Part shown: positions 17,913-26,156 of the stretch, piece after piece | How positions within the stretch are numbered: the first letter of the stretch is position 1 | How the letters are laid out: the number at the start of each line of letters is the position of its first letter | Translations under genes and position numbers: made by a program | UHGV virus genome: UHGV-0259576 | Direction: 5' to 3' (one strand) | From: a virus | DNA length: 59,361 nt | Notes under the pieces: model-generated | Told to the model about the DNA's origin: nothing | The model's database searches: none | Seen by the model: the letters and a program-made list of their open reading frames with translations, nothing else

Positions 17913-19576
17913 TGAGCGAAGTCAAGAAAGCCACTCGCGCGCGCAAGAAAACCGCGGTTGCTACGGTCGACGCCTCTCCGGCGAAACCTGCAGCGGGCGG
18001 CGGCCTTGAGGGCGCTGAACGAAACACCCGCGCAACCTTCAACTGGAATCCTGCGATAATCTCGCCTGACCAGCAGATCGCCCGTGATAAGGACATGGCG
18101 GACGCCCGAGCACAGGACATGGTGCAGAACGACGGCTATGCCTTTGGCGCCGTGGCGATCCACCGTGACAGTATTGTCGGGTCGCAGTATAAGCTGAACG
18201 CAAAGCCGAATTCCCTGATACTTGGCGCTCCTGACGGCTGGGCAGAGGACTTCCAGGCTATCGTCGAATCGCGGTTCAATATGGCGGCCGAGTCACCGGA
18301 AAACTGGTTCGACGCCCGGCGCGTCAACACGTTTACCGGCCTGGTTCGCCTCGCGGTCGGCGGATTTTTGATGACCGGGGAAGTGCTGGGGTCTGCCGAG
18401 TGGGTCAAGTCTACCGGGCGTGGCGCATTAGGCCGCCGGCCATTCGGTACCGCTATTCAGTTCATCTCGCCGTATCGTCTGTCGAACCCGGACATGCAGA
18501 CGGATACCGACCGGATCCGTAAGGGCGTCGAGGTTGACGAGTATGGCGCCCCGCAGGCGTACTGGTTCCGCGAAGCCTTCCCGGGAGACCACACCAACAT
18601 TGAAGGCCAGTGGCGCTGGAAGCGCGAGCCTGCGCGATTCGACTGGGGCCGCCGGCGCATTATCCACATCATTGAACAGCTGCTACCCGGGCAGACCCGA
18701 GGTATCAGCGAGATGGTGTCGGCGTTGAAGCAGATGCGGATGACCCGTAATTTCCAGGAGGTCACGCTGCAGAACGCCATCGTTAACGCGACGTATGCCG
18801 CCGTTATCGAATCCGAGCTGCCTACGCATGAAGTCTTCTCGCAGCTGGGCATGGGGCAGACCGCCTTTTCGGACTACTTCAATGCCTACATGGCGAGTAT
18901 GGCCGAGTATGTCGCTGCGTCGAAGAACATCATGATCGACGGCGTTAAAGTCCCGCACCTCTTCCCGGGAACGAAGTTCAACCTGAAACCGGCCGGCACA
19001 CCGGGCGGCGTCGGTACCGACTATGAAGAATCGCTGCTGCGCAATATCGCCGCGGCGCTCGGCCTTTCCTATGAGCAGTTCAGCCGCGATTACACGAAGA
19101 CTAACTACAGTTCTGCGCGTGCGTCGATGGCGGAAACGTGGAAGTTCATGGAGAGCCGTAAGAAGCTGGTGGCCGACCGCTTCGCGTCCATGGTCTATAC
19201 GCTGTGGCTGGAAGAAGAGATTAACGCCGGCAATGTGCCGCTGCCTCCGGGCAAGACCTGGCGCGACTTTTATGACCCGATGTTCCGTGATGCGATTTGC
19301 AACGCTGAATGGATCGGTGCCAGCCGTGGCCAGATTGACGAGAAGAAAGAAACCGAAGCCGCAATCCTGCGTATCAAGAATGGCCTGTCGACATACGAAG
19401 CCGAAATTGCGCGCCTGGGTGGCGATTTCCGTTCGGTGTTTGAGCAGCGTGCGCGGGAAGAAAATCTGATTAAATCGCTGGATTTGGATTTTTCAGGTAA
19501 AGTTGTCGAAGGCGCAGAGACGACATCATCTTCCTCGTCGGCGACCGATAACCCTGATAAGGAACAGAACCAATGA
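17912..19576 (+). CDS. portal protein, lambda gpB-like (554 aa)
   Basis: ATG overlaps the W stop (TGATG). Size and position after terminase/W fit a portal. Confidence 0.8.
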   Translation: MSEVKKATRARKKTAVATVDASPAKPAAGGGLEGAERNTRATFNWNPAIISPDQQIARDKDMADARAQDMVQNDGYAFGAVAIHRDSIVGSQYKLNAKPNSLILGAPDGWAEDFQAIVESRFNMAAESPENWFDARRVNTFTGLVRLAVGGFLMTGEVLGSAEWVKSTGRGALGRRPFGTAIQFISPYRLSNPDMQTDTDRIRKGVEVDEYGAPQAYWFREAFPGDHTNIEGQWRWKREPARFDWGRRRIIHIIEQLLPGQTRGISEMVSALKQMRMTRNFQEVTLQNAIVNATYAAVIESELPTHEVFSQLGMGQTAFSDYFNAYMASMAEYVAASKNIMIDGVKVPHLFPGTKFNLKPAGTPGGVGTDYEESLLRNIAAALGLSYEQFSRDYTKTNYSSARASMAETWKFMESRKKLVADRFASMVYTLWLEEEINAGNVPLPPGKTWRDFYDPMFRDAICNAEWIGASRGQIDEKKETEAAILRIKNGLSTYEAEIARLGGDFRSVFEQRAREENLIKSLDLDFSGKVVEGAETTSSSSSATDNPDKEQNQ

Positions 19577-20913
19577 ATGCACATGTTCGATCCAGCTTAA
19601 TGCAAGCGGTTCAGCGCATGAACGGGTCGCCGGTAGCTGTCCGTGAAAGCGACACCAATTTCCTGCTGAATATCCAGTCGGTGTTCCAGATGAGCGCCGA
19701 CGAGGACGACTTTGACCTCGATGCCGAAGAACGTATCGCCACGGAGCGCAATCGCAATCTGTGCGCGGCGTACGGCATGGCACCGTCGAGCGGAAATAAA
19801 CCTTTCGCCTTTTCCGGCGGCTTCGCCATCATCCCGATCCACGGCTCCCTGATTAACCGCTATGGCGGCTATTACTATGGCTACGTGACCGGCTACAATT
19901 TCATCCGCTCGCAGATGAACGCCGCACTGGCAGATCCTGACGTGGAAGCTATTATTTTCGACGTGAACTCTAACGGCGGCGAAGCAGCGGGCTGTTTTGA
20001 GCTGGCGAACGAGATTTTCGCATCCCGCGCAGTGAAGCCGTCATTCGCTGTCGTGGACTCCAATGCCTACTCTGCGGCTTACGCCCTGGGCAGCGCAGCG
20101 ACGAAAATGGCGGTCATTCCGTCGGGCGGCGCCGGGTCCATCGGGGTTATCTCGATGCACGTCGATATCAGTAAGATGTTGGAAGACTTCGGCGTTAAGG
20201 TTAGTATTATTAAATCTGGTGCGCACAAAGCCGACGGCAACCCGTTCGAATCGCTTTCCGATGAGACAAAGGCCCGCTGGCAGGCAGATGTCGACACCAT
20301 GCGTGAAGACTTCGTCAATCTTGTCGCACAAAACCGAAATTTAGATCCGAAAGTCGTGCGTGACACCGAGGCATTATGCTATAACGCCCCAGAAGCACTG
20401 GCCCTCGGACTAATAGATGCGGTCACAACGCCGGCGAAGGCAGTGGCTGAATTCCTAAACGGGCCGTCCGGTGGCTCGGATGAACAACCAGGAGCAAACG
20501 CGATGTTTACCCAAGAACAAATGGACGCTGCCCGTCAAGAAGCAGCAGACGAAGCAACTGCCACGGCGACCGCGGCAGCGACTACGGCGGAACGAACTCG
20601 CATTTCCGGAATTCTGGGATGCAAAGAGGCCGAAGGCCGTTTCACCCTGGCTTCACATATTGCGTTCAATACCGCAATGAGTGTTGCTGATGCAGAAGTT
20701 ATGCTGCGTGCTTCTGCGGTCGAGCAGGCACCGGCACCCGCGGCGACTAAAAATCAACCGGAAAAAGGGGCGGACAGCCCGTTCAAGACGGTGATGGATA
20801 ACGCCGACCACCCGAATATGGGTGCGGAAAACGAACAGCAGGCTGAACCCGGTAAAGGTGATGGCCTGATGGCTGCGATGGCCGCTGTAGCTGGCGACTC
20901 GTTCACTAAGTAA
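19573..20913 (+). CDS. prohead protease (S49/ClpP-like, lambda gpC-like) with C-terminal scaffold-like region (446 aa)
   Basis: S49 peptidase core (...IPIHGSLINRYGG...DVNSNGGEAAGC...SNAYSAAYALGSAATKMAVIPSGGAGSIGV...). Ala/Glu-rich, helix-prone C-terminal third. Confidence 0.8.
   Translation: MNAHVRSSLMQAVQRMNGSPVAVRESDTNFLLNIQSVFQMSADEDDFDLDAEERIATERNRNLCAAYGMAPSSGNKPFAFSGGFAIIPIHGSLINRYGGYYYGYVTGYNFIRSQMNAALADPDVEAIIFDVNSNGGEAAGCFELANEIFASRAVKPSFAVVDSNAYSAAYALGSAATKMAVIPSGGAGSIGVISMHVDISKMLEDFGVKVSIIKSGAHKADGNPFESLSDETKARWQADVDTMREDFVNLVAQNRNLDPKVVRDTEALCYNAPEALALGLIDAVTTPAKAVAEFLNGPSGGSDEQPGANAMFTQEQMDAARQEAADEATATATAAATTAERTRISGILGCKEAEGRFTLASHIAFNTAMSVADAEVMLRASAVEQAPAPAATKNQPEKGADSPFKTVMDNADHPNMGAENEQQAEPGKGDGLMAAMAAVAGDSFTK
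20503..20913 (+). CDS. possible nested in-frame scaffolding protein (Nu3-like) from an internal start
   Basis: In-frame ATG at 20503 with a strong GGAG SD 8 nt upstream, inside the protease gene. Arrangement mirrors lambda C/Nu3. Confidence 0.4.
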   Translation: MFTQEQMDAARQEAADEATATATAAATTAERTRISGILGCKEAEGRFTLASHIAFNTAMSVADAEVMLRASAVEQAPAPAATKNQPEKGADSPFKTVMDNADHPNMGAENEQQAEPGKGDGLMAAMAAVAGDSFTK

Positions 20914-20925
20914 GAGGCGACTAAC

Positions 20926-21315
20926 ATGTCTTTGATCTCCCTGATGGCAAGCCTCCCGAACTATCTCGCTGGCAACGGCGACCTCGGTTCGTGGGATCCA
21001 ACTCAGCTGTTTGCTGGTGAAGCTGATATCGTAACCGACGGCGGTGAAGTCGCAGTCGCGTTTGCGCGTTATCAGGTCATCGCCAAAAACGCAGCTGGCA
21101 AACTGGTACCTTATGACCCGACCATTCAGGCCAACCCGGAAGCGACGGCCATCGGTATCGCTAACGAAGCTGGTGTCGTGGGAACCTACGCACCGTATTA
21201 CATCGGTGGTGTGTTCAACCACGAAGCACTCGTATGGCCGGCAGCAGTCGACACTCTGCTGAAACGTCAGGCGGTGTTCGAACGTACGAACATCCACATC
21301 GGCAACCTGTACTAA
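20926..21315 (+). CDS. head decoration protein, lambda gpD-like (129 aa)
   Basis: Size and position between protease/scaffold and major capsid. Resembles lambda D. Confidence 0.55.
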   Translation: MSLISLMASLPNYLAGNGDLGSWDPTQLFAGEADIVTDGGEVAVAFARYQVIAKNAAGKLVPYDPTIQANPEATAIGIANEAGVVGTYAPYYIGGVFNHEALVWPAAVDTLLKRQAVFERTNIHIGNLY

Positions 21316-21327
21316 GGAGCAGCAGAA

Positions 21328-22392
21328 ATGGCTGGATTGTACGAAACTACCGTCCTGATGGGAGTGCAACGCAAGGTTAAGTCCCTGCCGGCGTTCTTCC
21401 TGCAGTGGTTCCCGCGCCAGATTAACTTCGAGGAAGACCAGATCGCGTTCGATAAGGTCATCCAGGACGTTACCCGCGTCGCGCCGTTTGTCGCACCTAC
21501 CGCGCAAGGCCGTGTGATCAAGGAACAAGGTTACAACACCAAGACCTTCAAACCGGCTTACGTTAAACCGAAGCACGTCATTGACCCGAACATGATCGTT
21601 CCGCGTCAACCCGGCGAAGCGCTCGGTACCGGTAGCCTCTCTAACGAGCAGCGTCGTGACCGTGTTATCGCATTCCTGCTGATGAAGCACCGCGCGATGC
21701 ATGAAAACACCTGGGAGTGGATGGCCGCGCAGGCTGCGCAGTACGGCTATGTTGACGTGGAAGGGCAGGATTACCCGAAAACCCGCGTAGACTTTGGCCG
21801 TGATGCGGCGCTGACCATGACTTCCGACTGGACCGCCACCGGCGTTACCCTGATGGACATGATCGCCGACCTGCGTGATGGCCAGCGTCTGGTGTCCGAT
21901 AAGTCACTTTCCGGCACGGTGATCCGCGATTACGTGTTCGGCGGCGACGCATGGGACCAGTTCGTTAAAGTCGGCGGCGCAGAGCTGTGGGGCAAAGACG
22001 GCCTAATGGATGGCAATATCCGCGGGTCCGACTCCAGTCTGACCCGTCTGTGGGACGATGTCGAAGGCGTTCAGCTCATGGGTGAACTGGTAGGCATCAA
22101 CGGCGCCGGCCGTATGCGTTTCTGGGTTAACACTCAGAAATTCCGCGACTGGAAAAATCAGGAACAGTACCTGATGAACCAGAAGGCCGTCATGGGCATC
22201 TCGTCTGCGATCGAAGGCGTTAAGTGCTTCGGTGCAATCATGGATAAAGCGGCCGGCTATCGGGCGCTGGAATACTTCCCGAAAATGTGGGAAGAAGAGG
22301 ACCCGAGCGTAGAATACCTGATGACTCAGGGCGCACCGCTGATGGTCCCGGCAGACCCGAATGCGTCGTTCCTGCTGACCGTCGTTCCGTAA
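21328..22392 (+). CDS. major capsid protein, lambda gpE-like (354 aa)
   Basis: AGGAG SD. Highly expressed-type codon usage. Position after the decoration protein. Confidence 0.8.
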   Translation: MAGLYETTVLMGVQRKVKSLPAFFLQWFPRQINFEEDQIAFDKVIQDVTRVAPFVAPTAQGRVIKEQGYNTKTFKPAYVKPKHVIDPNMIVPRQPGEALGTGSLSNEQRRDRVIAFLLMKHRAMHENTWEWMAAQAAQYGYVDVEGQDYPKTRVDFGRDAALTMTSDWTATGVTLMDMIADLRDGQRLVSDKSLSGTVIRDYVFGGDAWDQFVKVGGAELWGKDGLMDGNIRGSDSSLTRLWDDVEGVQLMGELVGINGAGRMRFWVNTQKFRDWKNQEQYLMNQKAVMGISSAIEGVKCFGAIMDKAAGYRALEYFPKMWEEEDPSVEYLMTQGAPLMVPADPNASFLLTVVP

Positions 22393-22442
22393 CCACCTGC
22401 AGGCCCGTCAATAATGGCGGGCCAATTTAAAGGACAGAGATT

Positions 22443-22712
22443 ATGCCACAACGTAAAGTAGTCCAGACGGTCATCGTTTTCCGCGACGGCCAGCGTATCC
22501 GCCCGGCGATCGGTGAAATCTTCAACTTCACCCAGAAAGAGCTGGAATCCATTAACAGCATGAACCCGGGCGCCCTTGACCGTCCTGTCATCGAAGTCGA
22601 TGCGGAAGAGCAGGCGGCGAAAGAAAAAGCGCCTGCGCAGGAAGAAAAGCCTGACGCGAAGGCTACCACCAAAAAAGGCGGTAAGGCCGGCGCAGCGGAC
22701 GACGAGGTCTGA
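22443..22712 (+). CDS. hypothetical protein at the lambda FI position (89 aa); C-terminus ...AADDEV
   Basis: AAAGGACAGAG SD. Lies between the major capsid and FII-like genes. Lys/Glu/Ala-rich linker followed by the acidic tail. Confidence 0.5.
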   Translation: MPQRKVVQTVIVFRDGQRIRPAIGEIFNFTQKELESINSMNPGALDRPVIEVDAEEQAAKEKAPAQEEKPDAKATTKKGGKAGAADDEV

Positions 22713-22713
22713 T

Positions 22714-23079
22714 ATGGCCTCTAACTTCGCGGCAATCAAAGCGAAGGCACGCAGGGACGTTCACGCGTCCCTGTCTGTATCTGCGCGGTATGAAAGCTAT
22801 TCGCAGGAAGTCATTGTCGACGGTCTTAGCGTGCGCTGGCACAACAAGCAGCAGCTGGTCGGCGATCGGGATAGCGGCGGTTACGCCCAGATTATCGATG
22901 GCATCGAGCGAATCGTTTTTATGCAGGACGAGCTGCAGGCGAAAGGTGTCACGCTGGAAGGCGGTGACGTGATTATCATCAAGGCGGAAGGATACGGCAA
23001 CGTTGGCCTGGTGCTGCAGACGCAGGAACCGATTGTCGGTCCGGTCGAAGTGATCTGGCAGGTGTCGAGGAAGAACTGA
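22714..23079 (+). CDS. head-tail attachment protein, lambda gpFII-like (121 aa)
   Basis: ATG with GAGG SD. Position and size fit FII. Confidence 0.5.
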   Translation: MASNFAAIKAKARRDVHASLSVSARYESYSQEVIVDGLSVRWHNKQQLVGDRDSGGYAQIIDGIERIVFMQDELQAKGVTLEGGDVIIIKAEGYGNVGLVLQTQEPIVGPVEVIWQVSRKN

Positions 23080-23699
23080 TGGCCGTTAACGTTATTTCCG
23101 TTGGCGACCTGGAGCTGCGTGACTACCTCAAGCGGCTTCCGGAAATAACTGAACTGGCGATGCAGATGGCCATCAACACCGTCGCATCGCGCACCGGCAT
23201 GTCGTTGGTCAAGAAAAACATGCTGAACGAGGTGGCCTTCCCATCCGGGTATCTCAACCCCGACCGCCTGAAAGTCACCAAGCGCGCCACCAGGTCCAAC
23301 CTCGAAGCCACCATCACCGGACGTAAACGGGCGACCTCCCTGGCCCGGTTCGTGACGAGTAACAGCGTCGTGAATAGCCGGCGAAAGGAAGGGGTATCCG
23401 TTCGGGTGAAGCGTGGTAAGACCACGTACCTGAAAAACGCCTTTCTCGTCAGGCTGAAAAAAGGCGCCAGTCTTTCCGAAGACAACTACAACATCGGCCT
23501 TGCCGTAAGACTTTCCACCGGGGAGTCATTATCGAACAAGCGGACGCAGCATAAATCATGGCTGGTCCCGGGCAAGGTAGCGTTGCTGTATGGCCCTTCG
23601 GTAGACCAGGTATTCTCGGAGGTGGCCGAGAAGGTCGGGCCGCAAATTGCTGACATGGTGGCGACGGAGTTTTTCCGTAATTTCGAGAGGTTATCATGA
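23079..23699 (+). CDS. minor tail protein, lambda gpZ-like (206 aa)
   Basis: Overlapping start/stop with FII-like. Size and order fit Z. Confidence 0.5.
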   Translation: MAVNVISVGDLELRDYLKRLPEITELAMQMAINTVASRTGMSLVKKNMLNEVAFPSGYLNPDRLKVTKRATRSNLEATITGRKRATSLARFVTSNSVVNSRRKEGVSVRVKRGKTTYLKNAFLVRLKKGASLSEDNYNIGLAVRLSTGESLSNKRTQHKSWLVPGKVALLYGPSVDQVFSEVAEKVGPQIADMVATEFFRNFERLS

Positions 23700-24199
23700 G
23701 TAAGCGCCTCGATGTGCTGAAAGCATTAACGGATTTCCTGGAAGGCATTTCCCCGGATAACGGGTATCCGTATGACTTCCGGGGAAAGGTGTACCGCGGT
23801 CGGGACCGATTCGGCGCGGAATACGTGGCAAAGATGCCATTCCTGTCTATCCTGGAAGCGAAAGCAACCGACTACGGGAAATTCGCTAACGAGGAACAGA
23901 CCGTCCGGATGGATGACTGGGTGCTGCTGGTTCAAGGGTGGTGCGCAGACGACGCGCGCAATCCAACGGACCCGATCTACGACATCGTGGCAGTCGTCGA
24001 AAAGCGCCTGTCAATGCTCATCTCGAAGGATGAAAATGGAAACCCGGAATTCCCGGGGGTCTATCGGTTGAAGGGAATGATTGCTACACTGACACTCGCA
24101 CAGCCGGTTGTTCGTCCGCCCGAGGAAGGACTATCGGATACGGCGTTTTTCTTCCTGCCTATTAGGGTAGGACTAAAAGTAGATATTCGGAATCCCTAA
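23696..24199 (+). CDS. tail terminator, lambda gpU-like (167 aa)
   Basis: Gene order Z-U-V. Overlapping start. Confidence 0.45.
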   Translation: MSKRLDVLKALTDFLEGISPDNGYPYDFRGKVYRGRDRFGAEYVAKMPFLSILEAKATDYGKFANEEQTVRMDDWVLLVQGWCADDARNPTDPIYDIVAVVEKRLSMLISKDENGNPEFPGVYRLKGMIATLTLAQPVVRPPEEGLSDTAFFFLPIRVGLKVDIRNP

Positions 24200-24212
24200 C
24201 AGGAGATGAAAG

Positions 24213-25352
24213 ATGCAAAGCGATTTCCAGAACGACTATACAATCGGACGCGGGAAAACCTATTTCGATAAGTTCTTGCCGAACTCTAACCGCAAGACTG
24301 GCGAAATGTACTTCGGCAACGGTCCGGAATTCACGATCACCACTGATACGGAAAACCTGGACCACTATGCGTCGGATTACGGCCTGCGCGTAAAAGATGC
24401 CTCCGTCCTGCTGGAAGCCGGCATGACCGGGACTTTCACCTGCGACAACATCGCGGCAGAGAACCTGGCGCTGTGGTTCCTTGGCGATCTGGTTAACATG
24501 ACCCTGACCGACCAGACCGGCGTCAAGGAAGTGTTCAAGCCGGTACTGCGTGGCAAGTATTACCAGATCGGTACCAGCGACGACACCCCGACGGGCCTGT
24601 TCAACGTGGATAACGTTGTGGTGGGCGTGGCAGACGGCGACGCTGAAATCGTCCCGGGCGCTGGCGACATTAGCACCCTGCCGGGCGTTACCGTCGTTAC
24701 CGCCGCTGGCAACTACGAGCTGGACCTGGCGCAAGGCCGTATCTACATCGAGCCGGACTCCACCGAGTTCGCGGGCAATAAGCAGATGATCATCCAGTGT
24801 GATATCGCTGCGCAGAACCGCAACATGGTGATCGGCAAGACCAACCAGATCTACGGCGCCCTGCGTTACATCGCGGACAACCCGGTCGGTACCAACAAAA
24901 ACTACTACTTCCCGAAAGTGGCGCTGCGCCCGGACGGGGATTACGCACTGAAAGGCGACGACTGGAACGTAATGTCGTTCTCGTTCGAAGCGCTGCAGCT
25001 GAACAACATCACCCAGCGTCTGTACATTGACGTGCTGCCGTCCGCGGCAACCGTTGACCCGGCGACGCTGCGTACCGTGTCTGTATCGCTGGCGAGCACT
25101 ACCGCTACGGCGGGCGGTGCGGGTATCGTAGCTACCGCTACGGTTCGTGACGGCAACGGTACCGTGGTTCAGGGTGAAACTGTAAACTTCACCACGGACA
25201 CCGGCGCTACCGTTACTCCGGCGAGCGCGTCCACCGCAAGCACCGGCCTGGCAACTACCACGCTGAACCGCGCGACGGCCGGCACTGCCAAAGTTACCGC
25301 AACGCTGGCGAACGGCAAGTCCGCAGTATCGCAAACTGCGACCTTCTCGTAA
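24213..25352 (+). CDS. major tail protein, lambda gpV-like, with C-terminal Ig-like (Big_2) domain (379 aa)
   Basis: AGGAG SD. C-terminal ~100 aa is Thr/Ala/Val-rich and Ig-like (ATVDPATLRTVSVSLAS...TATLANGKSAVSQTATFS). Followed by a strong terminator. Confidence 0.75.
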   Translation: MQSDFQNDYTIGRGKTYFDKFLPNSNRKTGEMYFGNGPEFTITTDTENLDHYASDYGLRVKDASVLLEAGMTGTFTCDNIAAENLALWFLGDLVNMTLTDQTGVKEVFKPVLRGKYYQIGTSDDTPTGLFNVDNVVVGVADGDAEIVPGAGDISTLPGVTVVTAAGNYELDLAQGRIYIEPDSTEFAGNKQMIIQCDIAAQNRNMVIGKTNQIYGALRYIADNPVGTNKNYYFPKVALRPDGDYALKGDDWNVMSFSFEALQLNNITQRLYIDVLPSAATVDPATLRTVSVSLASTTATAGGAGIVATATVRDGNGTVVQGETVNFTTDTGATVTPASASTASTGLATTTLNRATAGTAKVTATLANGKSAVSQTATFS

Positions 25353-25376
25353 GAGCAGACCGCAGTCACACCGGAA

Positions 25377-25400
25377 AGCGCCTACGGGCGCTTTTCTTTT
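25377..25400 (+). terminator. rho-independent terminator after the major tail gene
   Basis: AGCGCC-TACG-GGCGCT followed by TTTCTTTT. Confidence 0.6.
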
Positions 25401-25458
25401 ATGCTTTTCTGCCGACGTGCTACATTAACGACGTCAACCAACGAAGAGGATAAACCCC

Positions 25459-25917
25459 ATGTCACTGTCAGATTTCACTCCGGATACCGAAGAAATCATC
25501 GTTAAGCGCGCTAAAAAAGGCGATATGACATTCGAGGTCCGCGGCCTGTCCTTCCAGGACATTTCGAAGATCGTCCGCGTCCACTATGACGACCTGGAAG
25601 GGCTGTTCGACCTCTATGAAACCCACGGCGGCAGCGACCTCTCCTACGTGGCCATGGGCAAATTCGCCATGGGGCTGATTAACGATGCGCCCGGCCTGGT
25701 AGCGCATATCATCGCGCTGGCGGCGGACGACGAAGCCAACCTGGAGAAAGCCCAGCGCCTGCCGCTGACCGCCCAGATTGACGCGCTGAAAGCCGTTGGC
25801 CGCCTGACCTTCTCGGACGTTGAAGATATAAAAAAGATGCTACGAAAGGCCATGGACCTGATGAGGGAAACAAAGGCAAGCCGGACACCCGCGTCTACAG
25901 CAAAAGGGAAAAAGTAA
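25459..25917 (+). CDS. tail assembly chaperone, lambda gpG-like (152 aa)
   Basis: Position before tape measure. Contains a slippery heptamer near its 3' end. Confidence 0.7.
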   Translation: MSLSDFTPDTEEIIVKRAKKGDMTFEVRGLSFQDISKIVRVHYDDLEGLFDLYETHGGSDLSYVAMGKFAMGLINDAPGLVAHIIALAADDEANLEKAQRLPLTAQIDALKAVGRLTFSDVEDIKKMLRKAMDLMRETKASRTPASTAKGKK

Positions 25918-26156
25918 TCAGGTTTCACAATGAGCTGCGGGAAGGCGTGTCCTTCCTGATGTCTCAGGGACACCCAGACGCACGCCGGTACCCGCTGGGG
26001 TACCTGTGGTCTGAAATCAAGATTGCCCGGCGCCGCGTGAATATGCACCTGGTGACGGAAAGCACGTTACTGCAGGCGCTACTGGCCTCCGTCATGAACG
26101 GGAAGAAAGGTGGCCCGCACTACAAAAAACTGATTAAGGGCTTGAGCGATGGCTAA
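25459..26156 (+). CDS. G-T fusion tail assembly chaperone made by -1 programmed frameshift at A_AAA_AAG (25830-25836); T segment is 25836..26156 in the -1 frame
   Basis: The -1 frame is open from the stop at 25821-25823 to 26156 (stop overlaps the TMP start). The classic slippery heptamer A AAA AAG lies in register with the G frame at 25830-25836. Confidence 0.6.

Noticed and set aside
25899-25917. Frameshift at GGGAAAAAG near the very end of G (lambda-like G GGA AAG position)
   Set aside because: Heptamer is not in register with the G frame there. The in-register A_AAA_AAG at 25830-25836, right after the -1-frame stop, is the better site.
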